DNA from: Eledone cirrhosa
Lineage: Eukaryota
Assembly (NCBI GenBank): GCA_964016885.1
Contig: OZ024741.1
Location: 257,548,001 to 257,612,000 of the forward strand
Direction of reading: 5' to 3'
DNA: 64,000 nt
Shown: one piece after another, positions 1-12,622 of the stretch
Numbering within the stretch: position 1 is the stretch's first letter
Layout of the letters: every line of letters begins with the position of its first letter
Notes under the pieces: generated by a model
What the model was told of the DNA's origin: nothing
What the model saw: only the letters and a program-made list of their open reading frames with translations
Databases searched by the model: none
Program-made: the position numbers and the translations under genes

Positions 1-77
1 GTATTTGTACACAGATAGACACACAGACAGACAGATACACACACACACACAGACCGACTTGCTTTTATATATATAGA
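1..77 (-). mobile_element. 5' terminus of a non-autonomous Helitron-like element, continuing off the window start
   Basis: The minus strand reads A|TCTATATATATAAAAGCAAGTCGGTCTGTGTGTG..., the typical animal Helitron 5' end (TC after A, then TATATATAAAA and (TGTC)n-like repeats). Confidence 0.55.
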
Positions 78-329
78 TATATATCGTTTCCGTTATAAAT
101 TAATATTACTACGAAATATTAGCCGAACGTGGCACATTGAAAAAAAAATGCCGGTCCGCCACATCAGATAGTTTGAGAAGCACTGCCCTAGAGTACCCCC
201 GTGCTGGAATTTGTCTGACTGTCATGTTGATATCCCTGCCATTATCTATTTCCCTGGTCTTACTATTTCACGTTGGTTCGCGGTTATTGCGTCTGTCTCT
301 CTGTTATTGCTATCCGTGTAGCTTTGTTT

Positions 330-420
330 CCCGCAGTTAGGCTCGTGTCCTTGCCCAGAGTATACACTATGACTTCTGTAACCGGCCCTAGCCAGTGCCT
401 CATTATAATGATCTGATCGA
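330..420 (-). mobile_element. Small Penelope-like element fragment
   Basis: The peptide SDHYNEALARAGY matches the linker motif AEYYNEALLRAGY in the PLE at 53640-55135. Confidence 0.4.
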
Positions 421-580
421 CGGAGAAACAGGAAATATGTTAATAAATTGTGTTTTGATGCATTACTCATTCCTCCTTATCTATAATAATATACTCGGCT
501 CTGCGTGAGCATTGAGTGCTCAAACCGCATTCCGCCTACGGACGCATTTAATTGCAACCCTACAACAACTATATATATAT

Positions 581-627
<47 letters not shown>

Positions 628-1842
628 TTTGTTGCTCCATGGCTACGTCAATGTTAAATGGATGGTAACATTTGAAACATTGAAGGCAAAGACCTTGTTG
701 GTCTATCATTTATTATTTATCTGGTCCTTATAATTCGGGAGTAAAATGCCTTCAATAGAATGTTAAAATAAGAATCTGGTTCAGAGCTTTGTTTGCGAGC
801 CCTGGTCTATTTATAACTGATGGAAGAGAGGAGAGGATGACAGTGTATGTGAATTATCACGAATATAATGTTGTGTGTGTCAGCAAGTTTCTGTCAAATA
901 TTGTGTCTTGATGGTTTCATGTCAAATCTTTTAATGTCAAATGTTGTGTATTGAGTGGTAATCACTTGGATATATCAACTATTCTCGATTGAGTTACGTA
1001 TTCGGGTTATGTGTGCCTGGGTGGTTATGTCAAAATTTAAAGGTGTGTAAGTATAGTGTACTGTGTTATAATTTAATGTTGTTTTCTTGGTTAACTTTAG
1101 CTACGTGTAGTGATTCTTTGAATCTACGGTTGATTCTACTCCCTGGCTCTAGTAATAACTGTTATGTTTTGTTAATGTTTTTGCATTTGTCTATGTAGAG
1201 ATTTCATAGGCATACTATTTAATGCAGCACTATAAATTTTCCAGCATATGTATAAATATATTTAACATTGCAAGCATCGTAGTTTGCTCCTCCTAACATC
1301 AGAGATGTTGTTATAAAATTTAAGGACAAAATCTCAATTTATATACACCCCAACACCTTCCAACTCCCCTCTCAATCAATTAACTTGCTTTTACCATTCA
1401 CTATTTTCTTTCACCTCTTGTGTATATATATGCTTTAATCCTTTCAAATCTTCATCAACACTCCTTCACTCCCACTGTCATTAACAACTCCCCCATCCAG
1501 ACACACCAAAATCTCTTATATAGACAACACAGCCTCAGATCATCATCATCATCATCTTCATTTAACGTCCATCTTCCACGCTAGCATGGGCAGTTTGACA
1601 ATTGCCACCGATGAATGCAAGAAAGTTAACCAGGAAAGTTAACCAGGAATCTTTCAAAAATCTCCCCACCGAAGTTAATAAAGAGCTTACTAGATCTACA
1701 AAATCAAATTGTAAAATTATAATATAAAATTAAATTGTTTTGAACTACAAGTGAAGTTATTCTTTTCCTTTTTTAAAATATACCTAACTGTACCAAGGAT
1801 TTCACACATTTTCCAATATTCTACCACTTTGTACAAGACAGA

Positions 1843-4560
1843 ATGGTTAACACTCGTTCAAAATCTGTTACTGAATCCCTCAAACCGGAGACAATATTAC
1901 AGGAAATCTCCGAAAAACTCTCCATAATAATAAGTAAGTACGATTTTCTTACCAATGCCGTACAACAAATGGCACAACAAACAGACAGCAGCTATAGGGA
2001 AAAACTTGATTCCCTAATTGCAGACCACCAGAAACAAGCACAAATCTTCCCCTCTGAAACACGACCAGAATTCCATTGTTCATAATGCGTTCAAAGAATG
2101 GAATGAACTGGATCTGGAAAAAGAAGCTTTAAAAAAAGAAACCAAATGAAACATATTTGGACCCAATTACTAAGTGAAAGAAAACAGGCATAATGGAAAG
2201 CCTTGAGGAGTGAAAACCTAGCGGACACATACGAGATATGGCAAAATAAGGAATAAGACATCCTCCCGAGAAAAATCTCCAGAAACTTGAGACTGTAATC
2301 CCCGTTCTCCGTCTAAGAGGGCCAGAATTCAAAGAAATATTTGAAAAATGTGACACCATCATTCAAGAAGAAATAAACAAAAGAAGCAGCGGCAATGTGC
2401 GTGAAAAGCTCTTTGACCTATGGAAGACTGATACAACCAAAGAGGAATTGAAATCAAAGAAAATCTCGAAGTCAAGAATACAATGGCTATAAGAATATGA
2501 AAAGAACTATGGGAAAGACCAAATGAAATCCAGAAAACAAGCACATAAGAAACCCTCTAAGTCGGGAAAATTCAAAAACACAAAAAATGAAGAATTCTCA
2601 CGCAATAAACAAACGCAATAAACAAACACCATCGGAGAATCCCAAATACACAATTATACAAAGACCAAATACTAAACCCCAGAACCAGATACAACTACTG
2701 TCAAAACCCCAAGAACAATTACAAGAGGCAAAAATCAAAGACATATGAAGACCGAATGGGACAACAGAAGAACCAGACCCCCATATATCAACCAGCAAAC
2801 AAGATTCTACCATTCCGAACGAAATGCCAGTATCAACATGAAATGCCAGTGAACAGAATATTTCAGCACAACAGAAACACCACTATCTCAAATGAGAATT
2901 ATTTTTTTAAGACAAGGCGCCTCCCACCAAATGAAGGAAACAAGAAAATACACCACCCTTCAAGTGGCACTTGACGAGAAAAAACCCAAAGGAACCAAAA
3001 ATAATCAACACATTGGCCAAGAAATTAACACAACACGAAATAAAACTTTTTAGAAAGCAGATCAAGCCGACCTTATAAAAGACACAGAAGATTATTGTCG
3101 AAAATTACGTCTAGGAGAATTCTTCCTGGAGGAACCACTAGCGAAAAACAAAAAAAGAACTTCAAACCCCCGTTAAATAGAGACAAACACCTGGAAGAAT
3201 ATATAACCTGCCTTTGACAATCGGTGCAGTCAAATATTGAAGAGACGTAACACAAACGCAACATTCCTACAGACCCACTGCTAGCACTAAACAAGCTACA
3301 AAAAGACTTCTCAACAATCATAAAAGAAGCTGACAAAGGTGGAGCAATTGTCATCATGGACAAAAACCACTACAAGGATATGGTCCTAGAACAGTTGAAA
3401 GACGAGGGTTTTTACAGGAAAGTCAGCAAAAGTGAAGGAAGAAAATCGATAATTCAAGTAGGTAAACTCACGACAAAGTACCAAAATAAGCTCTAAATGA
3501 AATCAATTACTTAACCAACTTCGAAATGAAAACCAGCAATTTTTATGGATTGCCGAAAGTTCACAAATCCAGAGAAATCCAAAACAACAGAAAATGCAAA
3601 AATACATCATACGTCAACGTACCATGATCGACAGATTTAAAATTACGCCCAATTGTTCCTGGTCCAGCCTCAAACACACAACGTCTAAGCAACCTATTTG
3701 ACATCATACTGAAACCCTTATATAAAAAAGTGCCAAGCTTCATCAGAGATGATATGGAATTCCTGAACTATATCCCCCAGAAAGTACACCAAGAAACAAT
3801 CTTAGTCAGCTTTGACATAACAAGCTTATATACTAACATCCCACACGGCTTAGGAATTGAAGAATATCTGGTGACCTCATCAATACGGCCATCTCCAAGG
3901 CCCAGAACATCCCAGTGACAACACTGAGAAAAACAAACCAACAAAATAGAAGGGAAAAAACAGTTATCCCTTTTGTCGTCACTCACAACACAAGGAACTT
4001 CAACATTGTGAAAGCCGCTAAACAATATCTCCCGATTCTCCAGCAGTCCCCCAAAATTAATGCACTCATAAAAGACTTACAAATAATATATAGTAGACGC
4101 CAAACATCCAACCTAAACAAATTGAGTATCAAGGTGAAATTTGCATCTGACAATGAAACAATGCAAGTTAAGAAATATGGGGACCCTTGATGTGGAACTT
4201 GTGAATACATTGAAGAAGGTGGGAAAATCTTTAAAAACAATGAGATTTTCAAAGTTAATGTGAGCATGAATTACAAAACAAAAAACTTAATGTATTGTGC
4301 AGCCTGCCCACAATGTAAAGAATACTACATTGGCGAAACAGGAACGGGTTTACATGACAGAGTTCGTGTCCATAAACAACAAATTAGAGACCCCTCTGTC
4401 AGAAACACCACATGCAGTGAACACTTCGCATCATGCGGAAAGGGAAACTTCTCTAAGATATGGTCAGACAACGATCATTTCAAGAAATATAAAGAAGAAT
4501 TATTCATTAGAAGGTACAAACTGCTACTGAACACACAAAATGATATTCCATCTTCCAACA
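1843..4560 (+). mobile_element. Degenerate Penelope-like retroelement (N-terminus, partial RT, GIY-YIG endonuclease)
   Basis: Interrupted frames encode IIKEADKGGAIVIMDK, FYGLPKVHK, LRPIV, SFDITSLYTNIPH, IPFVVTHN and CPQCKEYYIGETGTGLHDRVRVH...EHF. There are many stops and frameshifts, and the RT core is deleted near 3870. Confidence 0.85.
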
Positions 4561-4805
4561 ATGGGATTGTCTTTTTTTTTAAATCGCATACTGAAAAGAG
4601 AAAAGATATCTAAATAGATGTGGCTAACAACCACACTTTCAAACGTTCGATCGTTGAAGAGAACAGCCCTCGGAGGTACACTACTTGTATATGTATATGG
4701 GAACTTAAATACTTGAGTAGATACTCATACATATGTGTGTGTAGATGTATATGTATGCCTGTAGGTGTACAAGTATGCATATGCATGTATGTATGTATGC
4801 ATGTA

Positions 4806-4858
<53 letters not shown>

Positions 4859-5156
4859 ATATATGCACCCAGAGCTTACTTTGCCTCACTCGAGCAGGAA
4901 AAAGAATAAAGCAAAATGAAAAAAATACGCGAAAAATCGAGTCAAACTCAACACTTGTTGTTGGAACGTTAGGAGACTCCTGGGCAGAAACTCGTCTGGG
5001 CGTGCAGAACGTAGAACTGCACTTGATATGCAAGAATACTCAATGGGAATGTCACAGTAAGTACGGTGAAAGTATTTTCACGATGGAAGGTGACAATAAA
5101 CCTAGCCCACTACTAAACTAACAAAAAAAAAATGGATTAGTTACATTAATATTTAA

Positions 5157-5263
5157 TAATTGTTTCTACTTTTGGCACAAGGCCAGCAATTACCCAGTGT
5201 ATTACTGGTACTTTATTTTATCGACCCCGTAAGGATGAAAGGCAAAGTTAACCTCGGCGGGAT
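5157..5263 (-). mobile_element. tRNA-derived SINE family 1, 3' part
   Basis: Reverse complement of the SINE body and tail ...gcctttcatccttacggggtcgataaaataaagtaccag...ggccttgtgccaaaagtagaaacaatta, seen in full at 47948-48130. Confidence 0.8.
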
Positions 5264-5334
5264 TACATTAATAATTAATAATACATTAATAATTACATTA
5301 ATAATTAATAATACATTGTAGTGAGAGAGACATG

Positions 5335-5692
5335 TGTGATTTTATAAGCAGCATATGAAGGCCCCACTCGGTCACGAATGACCGTGGTTTTGCACCTAGA
5401 ATGTTTCCCTCCGAGGCACAAGCCCGGACACGGTTTATTTTGTGGAAGACCAGTAGTTGCCCATGCATACCAGTCTCCCTTCTCCATGCCACCGATGTTG
5501 TCCAAGGGAAAGACAATGACCGATACAGCTTAGCACCAGTGACGTCGCAACTCATTTCTACAGCTGAGTAAACTGGAGCATCGTGAAATAAAGAGTCTTG
5601 CTCAAGGACACAACGCATCACCCGGTCCGAGGATCGAATTCAGAACCTCCCAATTGCAAGCCCAATGCTCTAACCACTAAGCCATATGCCTT
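5335..5692 (-). mobile_element. tRNA-derived SINE family 2
   Basis: The minus strand begins GGCATATGGCTTAGTGGTTAGAGC (A box) ... GAATTCGATCC (B box), followed by tgtccttgagcaagac...ctcagctgtagaaatgag. A second partial copy lies at 51315-51560. Confidence 0.8.
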
Positions 5693-5920
5693 CAAGATAG
5701 GCAGCCTAACTCTCCCAAAATTTAACAACATATAGATATATACGTAATGAAGATCTATTTTATCTCGTTCCTCTTGGTCCATCCTTCAGCTTAGGTGTTG
5801 CATATGTGCTATTCAATTTGTGATCTGACAGTTTGAATGAGAACAGGAAGTATGTGTGTATGAAATAAGATGTTGCCTACTGAGGATGAACCTAACAACC
5901 TAATGTTACCTTTTATCTAA

Positions 5921-6057
5921 TAATTGTTTCTACTTTTGGCACAAGGCCAGCAATTATCCCAGTGTATTACTAGTACTTTATTTTATCGACCCCGTAAGGA
6001 TGAAAGGCAAAGTTTACTTCGGCAGGATTTGAACTCAGACCATAAAGGACCGCAACT
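5921..6057 (-). mobile_element. SINE family 1, 5'-truncated
   Basis: Same body and tail as the other copies, with B box gagttcaaatcc. Confidence 0.8.
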
Positions 6058-6524
6058 TTTATCTAATAATGATAATTGTCATTATTTCATGATGGCTTGA
6101 AATATATCTATATATGTCTCAACAATTGGTATTTACCATCTTCATATAAGTTTATTGCTTGCCTTCCCATTTTTCTTGGGTCTTTACATCTATATATCTA
6201 TGCAAGGCCATGAAAACATTTTTCTAGGTAATATTAATTGATGTGTACCCTCTAGCCAGTTCTCTTTGGAAGTGGTTTGTTATCGAGCAATTACCAGACA
6301 AAATAATCCATATTTTGAGTACCATTAAGTTTTTCATCAACGAAGTTGGAGAATATGTGACGTTCATTATTATTCTAATAACATTAGCAGTTGAAATAAA
6401 ACGACCGTGATCATAGCATACAAACCACTGCATTTATTTGGTATAAATGAGCATTTCTATGTACTCACTTCAGTAACGACAAGCACACACACGCACACAT
6501 CCACACACACACATCCACAAACAC

Positions 6525-6888
6525 ACAGGGCGGGTTGGAAGAAGTTTAGAGAGCTGCTTCCTTTGTTGACAAAGAAGGGTTTCTCCCTGCATACGAAAGG
6601 ATAGTTATATGATGCCTGTGTGAGATGCTGCATGGTAGTGTGACATGGGCGGCAACTGCAGAGGATATGCGACGGCTGGAGAGAAATGAAGCAAGTATGC
6701 TCCGTTGGATGTGCAATGTCAATGTGCATGAACGACCAAGCATGAACGAGTTGAGAAAGAAACTGGGTATAAGAGGGATAAGTTGTGGTGTGCAGGAGAG
6801 AAGGCTGAGATGGTAGGAACATGTGATGCGCATGGAGGATGACCGCTGGGTAAAGAAGTGCCAAGAAATCCCAGTAGAAGGAAGACGC
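6525..6888 (+). mobile_element. RTE-clade LINE 3' fragment
   Basis: RAGWKKFRELLPLL...LYDACVR..LHGSVTW...LERNEASMLRWMC...RRLRW*.HVMRMEDDRWVKKC is the typical RTE post-RT domain, with stops. Confidence 0.8.
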
Positions 6889-7479
6889 AGTGTGGTTAAG
6901 AGAAGGGGAGACATTGTTTGTCTTCAGGTGATGTGGGTTCGTGCGAAGAGCGTAGATGCGTGTGTGCAGAAATGGTGCAAGTGGCTGTGTGTGGCTAAGT
7001 TTCTGAATGGATGTTGGTGTGTGTGCAGATGCTAAAAATGCGGAGGTGTAACAGGTGGATTTCAACGTGAGGTAAATTCCAAGTTCAAGCAGAAGAGAAT
7101 GGCAATGAAAACTTAAATGGCAGTGTGGCGCGTGCAACCGGCAATTGTCAAGTGGAAGGCGGGGAAGGAGAGGGTGGAGAGGGTGATGATGGCAGGGTAA
7201 CGTGTGAGAGGGTGGACGTGGTGTCGGCAGAACAGAAATTGGTCGGTGAGAGTGAGTGTATATACTGGTGTGTGTGTATGTTTAAGGTGTTAGTGTGTGT
7301 GTTTTTGTAGTGTAAGGGTGGTAAGGGGGAAGGACAGGGTGGTGGTTGGGGTTTAGTAGTGTTAGTTGGGTGGCGCGATGTGGGTGTGTTCGGGTAGATG
7401 TTGGTGGTGATAATAAGGGAAGGGTACGGGTAGGGCTGAGTAAGTCGGTGGCTAAAGTAAGATGGACGGGGTGTTCAGA

Positions 7480-7900
7480 CTGGGAGGAGTGTGCATGTAT
7501 GTAATTGAGAGCTGCGTTGTTCAGCCCTAAGTCGAGGATCGGGGGTTCCAGGGCATGCTATCAAGTCACAGATGGTCAAGTTGAAAGCCAATGTCCAACT
7601 GAGCAGAAGTGTCGGGAGATGGGGGAATACGAGCCGAGGGTGATGTAGCGGAGGTGCTCAGCATACCAGTCGGCGAGAGAGGGAATAGCCATTTGGTACC
7701 TGGAAGGTAGTGGTGTTGTTAATGTGGGGGCATGTGTGGGAGTGGGGACGGGAGCAGGGAAGGGATCCGTGGGAGGTAGGGAATTGCGTTTGAAGGATGG
7801 GAGGGGTGGGAGTGAAAGTTGGGGGAAGTAGAGGGGTTTGACTAGAGGCGTCGGAAGAGGTGAGTTCGTTGGAGGGGTAGGGTGGCGGGCTGGTAGGTGA
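7480..7900 (-). mobile_element. Possible highly decayed Penelope-like GIY-YIG 3' end
   Basis: The minus strand gives PISRHFCSVGH...DPRLRAEQ...LN-like residues in a C-rich context. Confidence 0.3.
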
Positions 7901-8021
7901 GGTGGGGGGGGATATATATATTTATATATACATATATGTGTGTGTGTGAGTGTGTGTAAGTATATATATATATATATATATATGTATCATCATAATTTTA
8001 TTAATTTATTTATATTTCCCT

Positions 8022-8330
8022 TAAGTCAGTATTGTTTGTTTGGGTATGGTTGTTGTTGATATTCCATTTGTTTCTTCTGTTCAGCTTCGGTCTTCTTAGT
8101 TCTATCTCAGCTGCTTCTCTGATTTGCCTACCAGTTGAGTCATTCCAATGCTTAGAAATTAGTTTAATTTCTATGTTGTCTATATTACCGTCATGTTTTG
8201 TCTGGCGTATTCATATAGTACTGAACCGTTTTTTGGTCCTTTTAGCCCCCCCCCCCACCCCCACCCCCACCCGAGTGTTGGTCTATTCTTTCTCCTATGC
8301 TTCGAGCAGTCTCACCTATGTATGTTATTG
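8022..8330 (-). mobile_element. Penelope-like GIY-YIG fragment
   Basis: YIGETARSIGERIDQH...SVLYEYARQKHDGN...RQIREAAEIELRRPKLNRRN, near-identical to 17795-18085. Confidence 0.8.
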
Positions 8331-8495
8331 TCAAGTACCCTCTTGAAATATGTATAATAAAATAAATATGGTTTTAGAAAGATATTTTCCATTTATTAAT
8401 ATTATTGATATTAATTATACTCCAGAAAAATGATGTTGAGTGCTTCTAATCTGTTATAAATTAACTTTGTTGAATAATCAACAAAACAAATAACT

Positions 8496-8559
<64 letters not shown>

Positions 8560-8820
8560 CTGTCACAGTCACTTCTTCTTTATATAATCACACATACAAT
8601 CTCCCTTTCTAGCTCTAGCAATCTTATAAAATCAAAGAACAACAACATACACACACGCACACACATACACATCAGCGTGTTGAAAAAAATCCAAATCGCT
8701 TCATCTTTCTGTTTCACTCTCTCTCTATATATATATAGTATAGATATACCGGAAGTATAGAAATTTGAATCTTTTCAAAGAAGTGAACCCTGAACTATGC
8801 AATAATATATTTATAATATA

Positions 8821-9355
8821 CTAGCAGTGGTACCCGGCGTTGCACGGGATACAGTATTTTGGAATACAGACCTAATCGTGGAAAAACTGCATGCCTGGAC
8901 AAAATGTCAAGAAAATAAACCGAATACTCTGATGGCTGGATAATCTTTAAGATTTTCCTCGATGAAGCATGAAAAATGGAGGCCCTGGGGGATCAAGAAA
9001 ATGAATTTTTTTATGTGCCTTGAAATTTCGTGAAAATCGGCTAGAAGTAACGCCTCCAAAAAGCCCTAAAAAGCTGAAAAAATGAAGTTTTTCACCTAGG
9101 CCATAAAAAAGTTGGATTTTCTTTGCTCATGGTATGAAGAAGAGACTCACTAATACATAGTTACAATTTAAAGGAAATCGGTCTGACGTAACGCTTCAAA
9201 AAACCCCTAAAAACCTATAAAAACGCAGTTTTTCACCTAATGCGAGCCCTAGGAGATCAAAAAGTTGAATTTTTTATGTGCATAACACTCCCTGAAACAT
9301 AAGTAATACACATGTAAGGTTTGAAAAAATCGGTTGGGTACTTCTCGAGTTTCAT
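8821..9355 (-). mobile_element. Non-autonomous Helitron, 3' end
   Basis: The minus strand ends TCCCGTGCAACGCCGGGTACCACTGCTAG|T, a GC hairpin followed by CTAG before a T. It interrupts a copy of the duplicated intron unit. The far boundary is approximate. Confidence 0.7.
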
Positions 9356-10400
9356 TAGATAAAATATATACCATTTCCTCTCCCAATTAGCAAATTTAAC
9401 CATATAAAAAATCAATTAGACCAAGCTATAAGAATAAAGGCTCCTATGAAGAAATTTCCGACAAATGACCGAAAGCGGCCTCTTTGCGGTGGCCCCGATA
9501 GAGTATTTATCCAACATTTCAACAGCATGTAGAAATTGACTAAATATACCGTCAACCATACACAATTAGGTGTAAATTCAAACTTAGAAGAAATGTGTAC
9601 ATACCGTAATTATATCTCTACCATGGTTTCGTCCGTATATTTAGAGGTTCAGGATATGTCCAGAGTTTCGGACTCATCAGGAGTGAACTCAAAATTAGAC
9701 ATTTAATTTTCCAAAGTTATCGCGCCAAAAATAGATTAAAAAATGGCTAAGAATCGTGATGTGGCAGTGGTCAAGTTAGAAAGAATGTGATTAGTTGCTT
9801 ACGGCGGGTAGGCTTGTTGCTAGAAAGCGCAGCCCAATATCGCCCAATTGTATCTCAACCTAACGGAAGATTATTAAATATAAAGATTTACATATAGATA
9901 AACATAAAGTCATAGATATATATGTGTTTTGCAACTGGTCACGTTGTGGCTCAATGAAGAATTAATAAATTAAATAATCAGAGCAATATATCATAAATCA
10001 TTTCTTTAGAATCATTAGATAAAATATATACCATTTCCTCTGATTATTTAATTTATTAATTCTTCATTGAGCCACAACGTGACCGGTTGCAAAACACATA
10101 TATATCTATGACGTTATGTTTATGTATATGTAAATCTTTATATTTAATAATCTCCCGTTAGGTTGCGATACAATTGGGCGATATTGGGCTACGCTTTCTA
10201 GCAACAAGCCTACCCGCCGTAAGCAACTAATCTCATTCTTTCTAACTTGACCACTGCCACGTCACGATTCTTAGCCATTTTTTAATCTTTTTTTGGCGTG
10301 ATAACTTTGGAAAATTAAATCTCTAATTTTGAGTTCACTTCTGATGAGTCCGAAACTCTGGACATATCCTGTTATTGGACGTCTAAAAATACGGACGATA
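9354..10400. mobile_element. PLE-type pseudo-LTR, partly tandem and inverted (arms about 9650-9983 and 10038-10370)
   Basis: Long inverted repeat, a direct repeat attagataaaatatataccatttcctct at 9354 and 10014, an internal hammerhead, and a homologue at 59090-59610. Confidence 0.7.
9613..9686 (-). ncRNA. Type I hammerhead ribozyme with extended stem II loop
   Basis: cactc-CUGAUGA-GUCCG...CGGAC-GAAA-CCAUGG-UA|gagaua. Stem III is the palindrome ACCAUGGU; stem I has only 3 contiguous base pairs in this copy. Confidence 0.75.
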
Positions 10401-10411
10401 TATATATATAT

Positions 10412-11070
10412 TTCCCTCCGTTTTCCCACTGATTTTAGGTATCTAGTTTTTAATGCGTCGAAATACAAACGATAATCAGCAGACTACTGAAGAGGACATT
10501 TTACCCCTTGTCTATTTTTATTCATATATTCGTGTCCGCAACAACGCACACCCATTTTTCATTCACATCATTTTTCCCTTCGCTGTGGTTCGTATATTTT
10601 CTGTTACCTTATTGCTATCACCCCTTCTCTCTCCTTCGCCTCTTGCCTTCCTCAATTCCTGTTGCTGGTCACTCACTCTCGGCTGGTCCTTCCTCCCACT
10701 TTCAGTCACTCCCCCTCTGCTTCTCCCCCTTCTCACTTCCTCCCGTCTGACCTGCTTGAATTTCTTTCCTCTCTCAATCTTCTAGCGGATCAGACGTGTC
10801 TATTTCTTCTCGTCAATTTGATATGTCGGGCTTATGCCCACGTGATTCATTGACTTGTCTCTAATTTTCCTCTCCTTTCGTTGCATACCACCATGTGTTT
10901 GTTTTCTTCCCTCCGTTTTCCCACTGTCCCAATAACTTAATTGAGTTATCGCTCGCACTGATTTTAGGTATCTAGTCTTTAATGCGCCGAAATACCAACG
11001 ATAAATCAGAAGATTACTCAAGAGGACATTTTAATCTTTGTCTATTTTTATTCAGATATTCGCTATTTTT
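10412..11070 (+). repeat. Non-coding unit with terminal direct repeats (about 10412-10530 and 10906-11062) and a pyrimidine-rich interior
   Basis: ttccctccgttttcccactg...ttttaggtatctagt.tttaatgcg.cgaaatac.aacgata...gaggacatttt occurs twice. A related motif is on the minus strand at 50370-50412. Confidence 0.6.
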
Positions 11071-11110
11071 ATTTATATATTCATATATATTTTTATTCAT
11101 ATATATATAT

Positions 11111-11180
<70 letters not shown>

Positions 11181-11184
<4 letters not shown>

Positions 11185-11845
11185 TGTCCAAGTCCCAGAC
11201 CCGTACAGAAGCACAGACTCCACTACAGCAATGAAGAGGCGGAGTTTTAGGTCTTTACGAAGGTCCGACTTCCACACCGATCTGAAGCTGTGGCACGCCG
11301 CCTAGGCTTTGCACTCACCACATCATCTTCCGTATTCCCAATCTTTGCTCCCAAATACAGGAAGTCCTCAAGCAATTCTAGCGGCTTCCCGCCTACATTG
11401 GTGTTCCCCTCTGGCTGGCCTCTCAACATTCTCTACCATATATTTTGTTTTAGTCTCATTCATTCTCAGCCCCACACTCTGACAAGAAACTCACTCACTC
11501 ACGAGAATGCTGAGGATGGCTCTGAACATTAATCAGTATAAACTGAGGATGAAAAACTCGGAGCTGTATGGGAGCCTCCCAAAAGTCAGCTCAAAAGTGA
11601 CACAGAGGAGACTGAGGTTAGCCGGACATGTCCACCGACATCCAGAGTTGACATTGCACTCAGTGCTCCTCTGGGAGCCCCTACATGGAGACACTGGAAG
11701 AGAAAGACCAAGGTTAATGTATGTTGATGCCCTAATGACAGACACTGATCTGTTGGAGACGCAGGACATGGCAGCGATAATGAGGGACAGAGACCGCTGG
11801 AGAGAACTCATCCAAGGATCTCGGGAATTTTACCCGCCCTAGATA
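11181..11845 (+). mobile_element. RTE-like LINE 3' end with an inverted 5' segment
   Basis: Minus strand 11181-11410 encodes LEDFLYLGAKI...[22 protein letters not shown]; plus strand 11473-11842 continues TLT...RMLRMALNI...RRLRLAGHVHRHPE...RPRLMYVD. Confidence 0.8.
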
Positions 11846-12487
11846 TACATATACATGCATATATACAAACATATTTGCTAGTGGGGTCTATCAAGACATC
11901 TCAGTAAAATAATCAATGAATAAAAGTCTAGAAAATATATTTTCATGTAGATGAGCTTAGAACTAATTATCATTAAACTATTATATCCTAGAATATTAAG
12001 GAAATATAAAGTAATTAATAGATACAGCGAAGAAAATATATCATATACAACAGATAATTGTTTCTACTTTTGGCACAAGGCCAGCAATTATCCCAGTGCA
12101 TTACTTTATTCTATTGACCCTGTAAGTATGAAAGGCAAAGTTAACCTCGGCGGGATTTGAACATGTTACAAAGCATAGTGTCTGACGCTCTACCGATACT
12201 GCCAATATAATGTAGAGTTAACAGGAATGTAATGTTGATATAACTATATGTTCTGAATGATAAACTTCGTTTTGTTAAGAATAGAGTTAAACGTAATATA
12301 GAATAGATATTTCCTAACGAGAGACAAAAAGAAAATCTCATATTTTTCAATGTAAATATTGAATAGTATTAGAAAGTATGTTGATGTTTAGTTGTTGTCA
12401 GAGCAATGCTGCGAATAGAAAATTAATATGAAATCTTATACATATTTTGTTCAACATATATTTTTTACATACTAGAGATATAATTAC

Positions 12488-12622
12488 TTTGTTGACAGTC
12501 GTCCTCCTGATAACCTGCAGCACATCCATTTGGACATCTTCCATTTGTTTTATCACAGTTTTCGTTCCTGGCACAATTACAACGTTTCCTGCAATTGTTA
12601 CCAAATGTTCCTTGACCGCATT
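12488..12622 (-). CDS. EGF-like (laminin-type) exon of a MEGF10/11- or SCARF-like gene
   Basis: 135 nt, ttttcAG acceptor and GTaatt donor, phase 1/1. Encodes ECGQGTFGNNCRKRCNCARNENCDKTNGRCPNGCAAGYQEDDCQQ (8 Cys). Confidence 0.85.

Noticed and set aside
1608-1650. Hammerhead-like ccgatga...gaaagttaac upstream of the first Penelope element
   Set aside because: The core is mutated and no stem I or II pairing could be supported.
4620-5121. ORFs rich in YIYIYI or CVCVCV here and at many other sites
   Set aside because: They are translations of (TA)n and (CA)n microsatellites, not genes.
6130-6470. Possible additional host exon
   Set aside because: No Cys pattern or convincing open frame bounded by splice sites could be found by eye.
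11951-12160. Repeated 69-aa ORF MSLELIIIKLLY... (also 13257, 14660, 51738)
   Set aside because: It recurs only because the intron unit is duplicated, and it runs into an antisense SINE with no domain signal.
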